Source: Acidimicrobiia bacterium
Lineage (GTDB): Bacteria > Actinomycetota > Acidimicrobiia > IMCC26256 > JACDBD01
Assembly (NCBI GenBank): GCA_035938395.1
Contig: DASZGY010000137.1
Location: 1-63,590 of the forward strand
Direction: 5' to 3'
Length of the DNA stretch: 63,590 bases
Position numbers and translations under genes: made by a program. Below are positions 54,252 through 62,715 of the stretch, piece after piece. Each line of letters begins with the position of its first letter. Position 1 is the stretch's first letter. Under the pieces are notes generated by a model. The model was not told where the DNA came from, ran no database searches, and saw only the letters and a list, made by a program, of their open reading frames with translations.

Positions 54252-54950
54252 ATGACCACCCCGACGCGGACGTCGCGCGCGCCCTCTGGCGGCGCGTCGG
54301 GGTCGAAGCCCCCCGGTTCGCAGCGCTCGCGCACGATGCAGCTCGTCGTGGTCGCGGTCGCGGCTGGGCTCGTCGTGCTCGCCGCCGTCATCTTCTTCTT
54401 CGTGCGCAGCGACGGCGGCTCGAGCCCGAGCAAGAAGTCCGTCTCCGCCAACGTCAAGCTGACCCTCGCCGGGATCCAGAACGCGAACGCCGGCGCGCCC
54501 GCCACCCTCGGGGGCGACGCCGCCAACCAGATCATGGCGGTGGTCGGCCAGTACGTGGACAAGGGCCTGATCGCGCCGGTCAAGACGGGCAAGCCCCCCA
54601 CGGATGTGTCGGCCTTGTTCGACGCCGGCACCCAGGCCGCGATCCAGGGGCCTGACAAGGACGTGTTGTTCGAGAACGGCCAGCCCAAGCTCACCGGCGA
54701 CTTCAAGCCGGCAGCGGAGCCGGTGGTGATCACCGCGCTCTCTGACGGCAACGGTCAGTTCGTGCTGGCGACGGCGGCGTTCAAGTACAGCGCCAACGAG
54801 GGCGTGGACGGCGGCCCGCTCAACACGGCGCGCACGATCGCGCTGACCTTCACTCCCGACAACGGGTGGAAGATCACCGGCTACGACGTGACGCTCACGC
54901 GACAGGGTGCCCAGGTCGAAGGCTCGACCACGGGGACGGCCAAGAAATGA
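54252..54950 (+). CDS. Membrane-anchored extracytoplasmic hypothetical protein
   Basis: One N-terminal TM; ATGA coupling to the LCP gene. Confidence 0.7.
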   Translation: MTTPTRTSRAPSGGASGSKPPGSQRSRTMQLVVVAVAAGLVVLAAVIFFFVRSDGGSSPSKKSVSANVKLTLAGIQNANAGAPATLGGDAANQIMAVVGQYVDKGLIAPVKTGKPPTDVSALFDAGTQAAIQGPDKDVLFENGQPKLTGDFKPAAEPVVITALSDGNGQFVLATAAFKYSANEGVDGGPLNTARTIALTFTPDNGWKITGYDVTLTRQGAQVEGSTTGTAKK

Positions 54951-55861
54951 CCGCGCGCCCGCGTACCGTCCTGCTGACCCTCGTCGGGCCACCGCTCTGC
55001 GGCGTGCTGCTGGCGTGCATGGTGATGGCGGCCTGGGTCGGGGTCGGGTTGCCGCTGGCAAAGGGCGAGACGTGGTTCACGGTCCAGAAGATGCCACCGG
55101 TGGCCGGAGCGAGCTTCACGAGCGGCCAGCCCGACGGAGTGCAGTTCTTCCTCGTCGTCGGGAACGACTCGCGCGACCCGAACGGCGTGGGTCTCGGTGA
55201 CGCCATCCACGTCATCGGGGTGAACCCGCAAGCGAAGGCGGCGACGATCATCGACATCCCGCGCGACACCGACGTGGGCGGTGGCAAGGTCAACTCGGTG
55301 CTGGCTCAAGGCGGGCTCGGTCAGTTCACGCAGACGATCAGCCGCTTCGTCGGGGTCCCGATCAAGTTCTCGATGACGACGAACTTCGCTGGGTTTACCG
55401 ACATGATGGACGAGTTCGGCGGCATCGACATCAACGTCCAGCAGCCCATGCACGATGTGAACTCGGCGACCGACTTCGACCCGGGCCCGCAGAAGCTGAA
55501 CGGTCCCGGGGCGCTGGCGTTCGCGCGCGACCGTCACAGCTTCGCCGCGGGCGACATCAAGCGCACCGAGAACCAGGGCTACCTGATCATCACCGCGCTG
55601 CAGAACCTCCAGCAGCGCGCGGTCGGCGCCGGCGGCGTCCTCAATCTCATCGGCAACGTCGGTCGCCACGTGCAGATGGAGAACGTCAGCTTCCAGGACC
55701 TGTACCGGCTGGGACGGCTCGTGCTCACGATCGACCCCGCCAACATCAAGAACGTCGTCATCCCGACCGGTGGGGGCAGCGGCACGAACCTCACGCCGGG
55801 CGCGGGGATCGACTCGCTGTTCGCCGACTTCCGCGACGACGGCGTCCTCCAGTCCCACTAG
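54947..55861 (+). CDS. LytR-CpsA-Psr (LCP) family protein
   Basis: IPRDT, KVN, FGGIDI, ALAFARDRH, DIKRTENQ. Confidence 0.9.
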   Translation: MTARPRTVLLTLVGPPLCGVLLACMVMAAWVGVGLPLAKGETWFTVQKMPPVAGASFTSGQPDGVQFFLVVGNDSRDPNGVGLGDAIHVIGVNPQAKAATIIDIPRDTDVGGGKVNSVLAQGGLGQFTQTISRFVGVPIKFSMTTNFAGFTDMMDEFGGIDINVQQPMHDVNSATDFDPGPQKLNGPGALAFARDRHSFAAGDIKRTENQGYLIITALQNLQQRAVGAGGVLNLIGNVGRHVQMENVSFQDLYRLGRLVLTIDPANIKNVVIPTGGGSGTNLTPGAGIDSLFADFRDDGVLQSH

Positions 55862-56301
55862 GGCGGCTGCCCGCAGCCGAGCAGACACTCGGGACGCACC
55901 TCGGCGCGGGCGGTGCCGCGCGCCGGCCCGCCCAGGCGGCCGAGCCCATGGGTCGCGACCTCCACCTCGACCGTCGCGACCCGACCGGTGCACTCGCAGC
56001 GGACCAGCCGGGCGTCGTTGGCCGTAGCGGTGTCAGCCGCGGCGCTGTTGGCGGCGCGCTCGCCGCGTCCGAGCGCCAGCATGTCGGCGGCCGCGAGCGC
56101 GGCGGCGTCCGCGGCCGCGTCGGCCCGGGCCCGGGCGACGAGCGCGCCCCCGAGCCGCGCCGCGCCGAGCGCCAAGACCGCGGCGAGCACGACAACCGCC
56201 ATGAGTACGACCGCCATCGAGCCTCGTTCGCGTCTTCTTTCGCCGTCGCAAGCTCCGGCTTTGCGACGCCGGTCGGCAAAGCCGCCGTCGCCTCGTCTCA
56301 C
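55858..56301 (-). CDS. TadE/TadG-like pseudopilin (Rv3654c-like)
   Basis: ERGS prepilin-like site, ARADAAADAAALAAA, two Cys pairs; GTG overlaps the tadE stop (alternative ATG at 56217). Confidence 0.8.
   Translation of the reverse strand: MRRGDGGFADRRRKAGACDGERRRERGSMAVVLMAVVVLAAVLALGAARLGGALVARARADAAADAAALAAADMLALGRGERAANSAAADTATANDARLVRCECTGRVATVEVEVATHGLGRLGGPARGTARAEVRPECLLGCGQPP
56241..56290. repeat. REP-like hairpin copy within the pseudopilin 5' region
   Basis: GTCGCAAGC-tccg-GCTTTGCGAC hairpin; shares 20 bp and 14 bp blocks with 11551-11668. Confidence 0.6.
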
Positions 56302-56654
56302 TTCTCGACCCGCATCGAGACGCGCGAGTGGAGGGTCGGATCGGGGAACAACGGCCCGACGAGCGGCAGATCGGTCACGGACCGGTACGACACTTCGACC
56401 GTGATGGGCTCGCCGACGACGGGCCGGTCCCCGACGTTGACCTCGGCGCCGCGCAGCGTGCGACGCGCGGCGCGGACCGCACGGCCGGAATCGGGGTCGA
56501 CGCTGGCGGCGCGTGCGGCCTCGCGGGCAGCGTGCACCACGGCGACCTGATCGCGCACGACGAACGCGACTTGCAACACGATCAGCGCCGCCATCAGGAC
56601 GAGCGGCATCAGGACCGCGAACTCGACCGTCGCTTGCCCGGCCTCGCGCTTCAG
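56298..56654 (-). CDS. TadE-like pseudopilin
   Basis: GQATVEFA, AAREAARAAS; probable CTG start overlapping the flp stop. Confidence 0.85.
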   Translation of the reverse strand: MKREAGQATVEFAVLMPLVLMAALIVLQVAFVVRDQVAVVHAAREAARAASVDPDSGRAVRAARRTLRGAEVNVGDRPVVGEPITVEVSYRSVTDLPLVGPLFPDPTLHSRVSMRVEK

Positions 56655-56824
56655 GGGAGCACCTTCCCCACGACCTCGTCGAAGAGCTTGCCGATGGCGT
56701 GGCTCTTCGTCGCCCACGCGATGAGCAGGGCGCCGATCGCGGCCGCGCCCAGGATGACGAGCGCGTACTCGGCCGTGGTCTGTCCGACCTCGGCCCGGAC
56801 GGCGCGTACAAATCGACGGAGCAT
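56651..56824 (-). CDS. Flp-type pilin (57 aa)
   Basis: MLRRFVRAVRAEVG|QTTAEYALVIL with Glu+5/Tyr+6; not in the ORF track. Confidence 0.88.
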   Translation of the reverse strand: MLRRFVRAVRAEVGQTTAEYALVILGAAAIGALLIAWATKSHAIGKLFDEVVGKVLP

Positions 56825-56861
56825 TGGTTCCTCCTCAGGATCTGGGTCGACGGGGGAAGCG

Positions 56862-57533
56862 CTAGATGCGCGAGAGCCCGGCCAGCAGCGTCGGGATCAC
56901 GGTGAGCAACCCGAACGCGGGCAGGACGACGAACACGAGGGGGAACAGCAGCCGCACGGGCACACGGCGGGCCTGCGTTTCGGCGTGACGGCGCAGCTCG
57001 GCGCGGTGCTCGGCCGCCAACCGGGCGAGTGCCGGGCCTACCGGCGCTCCGAGCCGGTCGGAGGCGAGGAGCGCGTCCGCGAGCGGCCGCAACGGCGGGG
57101 CGCGCTCGGCCACGTCGTCGAGCGCTTCGGCGAACGTGGCGCCGAGCGCGCACGCGTCCTGCACGCCGGTGAGCCGCGCCGCCATCCCGGGAGGTGCCCA
57201 CCGGGCCGCCACGTCGACGGCCAAGTACGGCGTGCAGCCGGCGCCGACGGCCACTCCGAGGAGGTCGAGGGTCACGGGAAGCTCGGCGCCGAGGACGGCG
57301 GCGTCGCTGCGGGTGCGATACCGGGCTCTCGCGCCCGCCAGGACACGTCCGGCGGCACTCCTCGACAACGGGTCGACCACCCGCCCGAGCAGCGTCGGCG
57401 CCGTACGCGCCGGCGCGGCGCGCACGGGGCGCAGCGGGCGCACTCGCAGGTCGACGCGCTGCCGTCGGGCGCGCATCGCCAGCGGCGTCGCCGCCAGCGT
57501 GCCCCACGCGAGCCCCAGCGCGAGCACAAGCAT
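56862..57533 (-). CDS. tadC: TadC-like platform protein (T2SS F domain)
   Basis: LPVTLDLLGVAVGAG, RLGAPVGPAL, VRLLFPLVFVVLPAF. Confidence 0.85.
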   Translation of the reverse strand: MLVLALGLAWGTLAATPLAMRARRQRVDLRVRPLRPVRAAPARTAPTLLGRVVDPLSRSAAGRVLAGARARYRTRSDAAVLGAELPVTLDLLGVAVGAGCTPYLAVDVAARWAPPGMAARLTGVQDACALGATFAEALDDVAERAPPLRPLADALLASDRLGAPVGPALARLAAEHRAELRRHAETQARRVPVRLLFPLVFVVLPAFGLLTVIPTLLAGLSRI

Positions 57534-57546
57534 CACGGCGAGTCGT

Positions 57547-58419
57547 TCACCGCGCCTCCACCGAGGCGAGAATGCGCCGCATCCACAGCGCGGCGAGCGC
57601 TTCGAGGAGCAGGCCGACGACCAGGCAGACCCGGCCGGGGCCCGTCCCGACCAGCACGCCGACCGACCCCGGGTCGACCAGCGCCGAGAACACGAGGTAC
57701 GCGAGCGGTGACGCCCCCACCACCATCGCCGACAGCCGAGCCTGCGCCGACAGCGACTTCGCCTCGGCGGCGGAGCCGATCCGATCGCGCAGCGACGCGG
57801 CGAGGCCGTCGAGCGCGTGCGCGCTTCGGCCGCCGAGCGTCTCGGCCACGGCGAGCGCGCCCGCGACGGCGCGCACGTCGGCGATGTCGCGTTCGACGGG
57901 CCACGCCGCCAGCGCGTCCGCCAGGCCGACCCCGAGGTCGGCGCGTGCCTGGACTCGCCGCAGATCCCCGGCGAGCGGGCCGCCCCCTTCGGCGAGCGCG
58001 GCGACGCCGTGTCCGACCGTCCCACCGCCACGCAGGTGGGCGGCGATCTGCTCGAGAGCGAGCGGAAGGGCGCCCGCGTAGCGCCGGTGGGCGCGCGTGC
58101 GCAGCACCCACAGAGTGGCGGGAGCGGCGGCGATGGTGAACAGCAGCGCCGGCAGGACAAGCCCCGGCGACATCGCCGCTGAGACCAGCCCGGCCGCCCC
58201 GACGGCTCCGGCCCACAGCTCGACCGCCGGCTCCGGGTCGAGTGCGAGGTCGGCATCGGCAAGCGCGCGCGCCACGAGCGGGCGCAGCCGCGCGGGGAGC
58301 CGCCAGCGCCGGCCAGGCCCGAGGGCGCGTGCACGCTCGGTGGTGCCGGCGCGTCGGGCCGCGGCCACGAGCGCCGCGACCGCAATTGGACCCGCCACCG
58401 TCAGGACGATGCTCAGCAT
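57547..58419 (-). CDS. tadB: TadB-like platform protein
   Basis: LPLALEQIAAHLRGG, AETLGG, AQARLSA. Confidence 0.85.
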   Translation of the reverse strand: MLSIVLTVAGPIAVAALVAAARRAGTTERARALGPGRRWRLPARLRPLVARALADADLALDPEPAVELWAGAVGAAGLVSAAMSPGLVLPALLFTIAAAPATLWVLRTRAHRRYAGALPLALEQIAAHLRGGGTVGHGVAALAEGGGPLAGDLRRVQARADLGVGLADALAAWPVERDIADVRAVAGALAVAETLGGRSAHALDGLAASLRDRIGSAAEAKSLSAQARLSAMVVGASPLAYLVFSALVDPGSVGVLVGTGPGRVCLVVGLLLEALAALWMRRILASVEAR

Positions 58420-59681
58420 GCGAACCACCGCCCGTCAGGTGACGGCGTCCCCGCCCTGCGCGGTGCACGCGTGGGCGCGCCCGCGGGCACGAGGTCATGA
58501 CCGCGGCGCTCGAACAGCGGTCGCACGTCGAGCACGTCGGCACCGGTGGCGAGCTCCCCGATCGCGTCGACGCGCCGCGCACCAGCCGTCGAGCGGGTGA
58601 CGTGCACGACGGCGTCGATCGCGGCGCCGATCTGCGACCGCACCGCGACGAGCGGAAGGCCCGCGCCCGCCATCAGCACGAGCGTCTCGAGGCGAGGCAG
58701 CACGTCGACGGGCCCGTTGGCGTGAACGGTCGAGAGCGACCCGTCGTGCCCGGTGTTGAGCGCCTGGAGCATGTCGAGCGCCTCGCCGCCGCGCACCTCG
58801 CCGACGACGATGCGGTCGGGACGCATCCGCAGCGCGGTGCGCACCAGGTCGCGCACGCTCACGGCGCCCGCGCCTTCTGCGTTGGGCGGCCGGGCCTCGA
58901 GCCGCACGACGTGCGGCTGCAGCAGCCGCAGCTCGGCGGTCTCTTCGATGGTGACGACGCGCTCACCGGCGGGGATCGCCGCCGACAATGCGTTGAGCAG
59001 GGTGGTCTTGCCCGCGCTCGTGCCTCCGGAGATCAGCAGGTTCCACCCAGCCGCGACGGTCCAACGCAGGAATGCGCCGGGCGCGCCGGCGGCGCCGAAG
59101 GCGTCGAGATCGACGGGTCGGGCCCGGAAGCGACGGATCGTGACGCACGGCCCGTCGAGCGCGAGCGGCGGGATCAGCGCGTGCAGCCGCGACCCGTCGG
59201 CGAGCCGTGCATCGACCATCGGCGACGCGCGGTCGAGGCGAAGCCCGAGCGGCGCGACGACGCGTTCGACGAGCCGCACGATGCCGGCAGCATCGAGATC
59301 GAGGTCCACCGCTTCGAGCCGGCCGGCGCGCTCGACGAAGGCGCGCCCGGGCCCGTTGAGCATGACCTCGCTGACCTCCGGGTCGGCGAGCAGCGGCTCG
59401 AGCGGGCCCAGGCCGGACACTTCGTCGGTCAGGTCGCGCAGCAGATCCTCGAACCGAGCCGGCGTCAGGAGCGGCGCCTCGTCGCGCAGCAGCTCGGCGA
59501 GCCGGGTGCGGACCGCCAGCGAACGCCCGCCCCGGTCGTGCTCGTCGAGGTGATCGAGCGGATCGAGGCCGCCGGCGGCGACAAGCCGACGATGCACACG
59601 CTGCTTGAGCGCGGCGTCGCCGCCCGAGGGATGTGGTGAGGAAGCCATGGGCCGGATCGATGGAAGCGACGCGGCCGTCAT
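58413..59681 (-). CDS. tadA: TadA/CpaF pilus assembly ATPase
   Basis: GGTSAGKTT, TIEETAEL, RMRPDRIVVGEVRG, NTGHDGSLSTVHAN. Confidence 0.95.
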   Translation of the reverse strand: MTAASLPSIRPMASSPHPSGGDAALKQRVHRRLVAAGGLDPLDHLDEHDRGGRSLAVRTRLAELLRDEAPLLTPARFEDLLRDLTDEVSGLGPLEPLLADPEVSEVMLNGPGRAFVERAGRLEAVDLDLDAAGIVRLVERVVAPLGLRLDRASPMVDARLADGSRLHALIPPLALDGPCVTIRRFRARPVDLDAFGAAGAPGAFLRWTVAAGWNLLISGGTSAGKTTLLNALSAAIPAGERVVTIEETAELRLLQPHVVRLEARPPNAEGAGAVSVRDLVRTALRMRPDRIVVGEVRGGEALDMLQALNTGHDGSLSTVHANGPVDVLPRLETLVLMAGAGLPLVAVRSQIGAAIDAVVHVTRSTAGARRVDAIGELATGADVLDVRPLFERRGHDLVPAGAPTRAPRRAGTPSPDGRWFAC

Positions 59682-60385
59682 GCGGCCCGCCCCCGACGGT
59701 CCCCGAGCAGGCCGAGCCGGCCGAGCGCCTCGTGCACGGGACGGGCCAGCACGTCGGGCAGGCGCGTCGGCAGCAGCCCGGCGTCAACAGCACGCGCGAT
59801 CGCGGCGCGCACCGGGACCTCGGCGAGCACAGGCCGGTCGAGCACTCCGGCGACGTCGCGGCGGCCGATGGCGCGCCCGGGCTCGGCGACGTGCACGACG
59901 CCCGACGCGTGGGCGAGGGGCGCGGCCCGCACTGCGCGCCGGAGCGTGAGATAGCAGCCCCGGACGACGACGAGCGACGCGTCGGCGACCTCGAGCACCG
60001 CGCGCGCTGCGGGGGTCTGCGCCAGACCGAGGTCGACGACGGTCGGGACGAGACCGTCGCGCAACGCGACCGCGAGCGCGGCGCCGGCCTCGGCCGCCGG
60101 GACGGGGGCCAGCGGCCGGGCCGGCGTGCCGCGAGGGATGAGCGCCACACCCGCCGCGGCCTCGACGGTCAGGCGCTCGAGCGCGTCCGTCGGCGCCTCG
60201 GGGCCGGCGCCGAGCCAATCCACGAGCCCGGTCGGCGGTTCGGACGCCAGGCCGAACAGGGCGGGCTGGTCGCCGTCGAGGTCCGCGAGCCGGGCGCCGC
60301 CGCGCCGGCCCAGCACCAGCGCGCACGCGGCGGCCAGCACCGACGTGCCCGAGCCGCCTTTGGGTGACCACAATGCGAGGAGCAC
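59678..60385 (-). CDS. Ssd/CpaE-like MinD-type ATPase
   Basis: SPKGGSGTS deviant Walker A, DLD, VVDL; GTG start after a purine-rich RBS; no N-terminal receiver-like domain. Confidence 0.8.
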   Translation of the reverse strand: MLLALWSPKGGSGTSVLAAACALVLGRRGGARLADLDGDQPALFGLASEPPTGLVDWLGAGPEAPTDALERLTVEAAAGVALIPRGTPARPLAPVPAAEAGAALAVALRDGLVPTVVDLGLAQTPAARAVLEVADASLVVVRGCYLTLRRAVRAAPLAHASGVVHVAEPGRAIGRRDVAGVLDRPVLAEVPVRAAIARAVDAGLLPTRLPDVLARPVHEALGRLGLLGDRRGRAA

Positions 60386-60462
60386 CGCTGCGTCCTCTCC
60401 TTCCTCTGCGCGCGCGTCTCGGCGCGTGCGCGACGGGGCAGGGGGAGGCGGCGGGGGAACGC

Positions 60463-60523
60463 AAAAGCTCCCCGACTCGGGGGAGCGTGCGACGAACGTA
60501 GGGATCCATGAGCGGGATGTCAA
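60463..60523 (-). promoter_or_regulatory. Sigma-A-type promoter of the tad operon, followed at once by a hairpin and T-run
   Basis: TTGACA (60523-60518), 17 bp, TACGTT (60500-60495); GCTCCCC/GGGGAGC stem (60486-60467) then TTTT. Confidence 0.75.
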
Positions 60524-60567
60524 GAGGCGCGTAGGCTCCGCGGGGCGGCGGCGACCAGGGAGTCACA

Positions 60568-61374
60568 GTGAGCGAGGCCGTGAACACCGCAGCTTTCTTC
60601 GACCTCGACAAGACGATCATCGCCAAGAGCTCGGTGCTCGCCTTCGGTCGGTCGTTCTACCGCGAGGGCCTGCTGTCGCGGCGGTCGATCGTGAAGAGCC
60701 TGTACGCGCAGGTCGTGTTCATGCTCGTGGGCGCGGACGCCGAGAAGATGGAGAAGCTCCGGGTGGCGATGTCGGCGATGACGCGGGGTTGGAACCGCGA
60801 CCAAGTGGCGTCGATCGTGCGCGACGCGCTCACCGACGTGATCGAACCGATCATCTACGCCGAGGCGCTCGAGCTGTTCGACGACCACCACGCCGCCGGA
60901 CGCAAGGTCGTGATCGTGTCGTCGGCGCCGCTCGAGGTTGTGCAGCCACTGTCGGAGTTCCTCGGCGCCGACGAGGCCATCGGCACCCGCGCCGCTATCG
61001 ACCGCGAGGGCAACTACACCGGCGAGCTCGAGTTCTACGCCTACGGCGCGAACAAGGCCGAGGCTGTGCGTGAGCTCGCCGCCCGCGCGCACGTCGATCT
61101 GTCGCAGTCGTACGCGTACAGCGACTCGGTCACCGACCTGCCGATGCTCGAGCTGGTCGGCCATCCCGTCGCCGTCAACCCGGACAAGGAGCTGGCCCGG
61201 GTGGCACGCGAGCGCGACTGGGAGATTCGCGACTTCGAGCATCCGGTGCGGCTACGCGACCGCATGCCGGTACCGCCGACCGGTCCGACGATCGCGGTCG
61301 GTGGCGCGCTGGCCGCCGCCGGCGCCGGGGTCGCGGTCTGGTGGTGGCTGCGCCGCCGCAGCGATGCCGCCTGA
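60568..61374 (+). CDS. HAD-IB hydrolase (Rv3661-like)
   Basis: FFDLDKT, VSS, YSDSVTDLPML; divergent from ssd/tad as in other actinobacteria. Confidence 0.92.
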   Translation: MSEAVNTAAFFDLDKTIIAKSSVLAFGRSFYREGLLSRRSIVKSLYAQVVFMLVGADAEKMEKLRVAMSAMTRGWNRDQVASIVRDALTDVIEPIIYAEALELFDDHHAAGRKVVIVSSAPLEVVQPLSEFLGADEAIGTRAAIDREGNYTGELEFYAYGANKAEAVRELAARAHVDLSQSYAYSDSVTDLPMLELVGHPVAVNPDKELARVARERDWEIRDFEHPVRLRDRMPVPPTGPTIAVGGALAAAGAGVAVWWWLRRRSDAA

Positions 61375-62362
61375 CGACACCGGCCGGGCGGACCTCCCTC
61401 GCGTCCGGCTCGCCCAACTCCCCACGCCGTTGGAGCCGATGGACCGGTTCTCCGAGTGGCTCGGCGGGCCACGGGTGCTCGTGAAGCGCGACGACCTCAC
61501 CGGGCTGGCGCTCGGCGGCAACAAGGCCCGCAAGCTCGAGTTCCTGTGCGGCGAGGCGCAGGCGGGCGGCTGCGACGTGCTCGTCACCGGCGGGGGCGCG
61601 CAGAGCAACCACGCCCGCATGACCGCGGCGGCGGCCAACCGACTCGGGTTCGACTGCCACCTCGCGGTCGGCGGGAAGGAGCCGGGCCTCTACAGCGGCA
61701 ACCTGCTGCTCGACCGCGTGCTCGGCGCCACGCTGCACTTCACGGGAGCGGACTCCTACTACGACGTCGAGTCGGCGATCGACGAGGTTGCGGCTCAGCT
61801 GGCGGCCGACGGCAGGCGTCCGTTCGCGATGCCGATCGGCGGCGCGTCCGTCACCGGCGCGGCGGCGTTCGCGTGGGCGGCCGACGAGCTGTTCGCGCAG
61901 GTCGACGACGGCGGGCACGGGAGCGTCGATTGGATCGTGGTGGCCGACGGCTCGGGAGGGACGCACGCCGGCCTGCTCGCGGGACTAGGTGGGCGCGCCC
62001 GCGTGCTCGGCGTAGACGTGGGGACGCGCCCGGACCTCGACGACGTGATCCCCCGACTCGCCGGCGAGGCGGCGGCACGCGCCGGGCGGAATGCGCCGGA
62101 TGCGGAGCTCGCCCTCGACCACTCACGCTTCGGTGACGGGTACGGCGCGGTCACCGACGGCGCGCTCGAGGCGATCGAACGCGTGGCCGGCCTCGAGGGC
62201 ATCGTCCTCGACCCCGTCTACACGGGCAAGGCCGTGGCGGGGCTCATCGCCGCGGCACGTGAAGGCCGCCTCGGCGCCGGCGACACCGTCGTGTTCTGGC
62301 ACACCGGCGGGACCGTCGCGCTGTTCGCCCACCGCTACGCCGAGCTGTTCTCCGGCCGCTAG
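61364..62362 (+). CDS. D-cysteine desulfhydrase-like PLP enzyme
   Basis: PTPL, KRDDL, GGNKARKLE, QSNH; LDPVYTGK and HTGG rather than the ACC-deaminase Glu/Leu pair. Confidence 0.88.
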   Translation: MPPDDTGRADLPRVRLAQLPTPLEPMDRFSEWLGGPRVLVKRDDLTGLALGGNKARKLEFLCGEAQAGGCDVLVTGGGAQSNHARMTAAAANRLGFDCHLAVGGKEPGLYSGNLLLDRVLGATLHFTGADSYYDVESAIDEVAAQLAADGRRPFAMPIGGASVTGAAAFAWAADELFAQVDDGGHGSVDWIVVADGSGGTHAGLLAGLGGRARVLGVDVGTRPDLDDVIPRLAGEAAARAGRNAPDAELALDHSRFGDGYGAVTDGALEAIERVAGLEGIVLDPVYTGKAVAGLIAAAREGRLGAGDTVVFWHTGGTVALFAHRYAELFSGR

Positions 62363-62457
62363 GCATTTCGCGTCGGGACGCGAACGTGCCCGGGCGGTGC
62401 CCGGGCACGATACGGAAGCCCTTGCCGCCGGCAATCGAGCCGGCGGTGGGCCGGCGG

Positions 62458-62532
62458 TCAGACCTCGCGGACCTTGCGGGCTACCGCGATTCCGATCGCC
62501 ACGAGAATCAGCAAGACGAGCAGCTTCTTCAC
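62458..62532 (-). CDS. 24-aa membrane micropeptide resembling the DLW-39 family N-terminus
   Basis: MKKLLVLLILVAIGIAVARKVREV; AGGAG RBS 7 nt before the GTG. Confidence 0.6.
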   Translation of the reverse strand: MKKLLVLLILVAIGIAVARKVREV

Positions 62533-62593
62533 AAGAAATCTCCTGGTCGACGGGCGCTGCCCAGATGGTAGCGAGACTGGTAGACCCGCGCCC

Positions 62594-62684
62594 GGAGGTG
62601 AACGGGGTCTGGTGGCCCCCCTCGTCTTCAAAACGAGTGGGACGGGTGATCCCCGTCCGGTGGGTTCGATTCCTGCCACCTCCG
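62594..62684 (+). tRNA. selC: tRNA-Sec(TCA)
   Basis: Anticodon loop CTTCAAA, 6-bp D-stem with TGGT loop, long variable arm GGACGGG/CCCGTCC, TTCGATT T-loop; CCA not encoded. Confidence 0.93.
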
Positions 62685-62715
62685 CGGATCAGCGGCCACC
62701 AAGAGGAGCCAGACC

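Noticed and set aside
61374-62593. Ms1-type RNA downstream of the Rv3661-like HAD gene
   Set aside because: The next gene overlaps the HAD stop, and the remaining gap is short and holds a small ORF.
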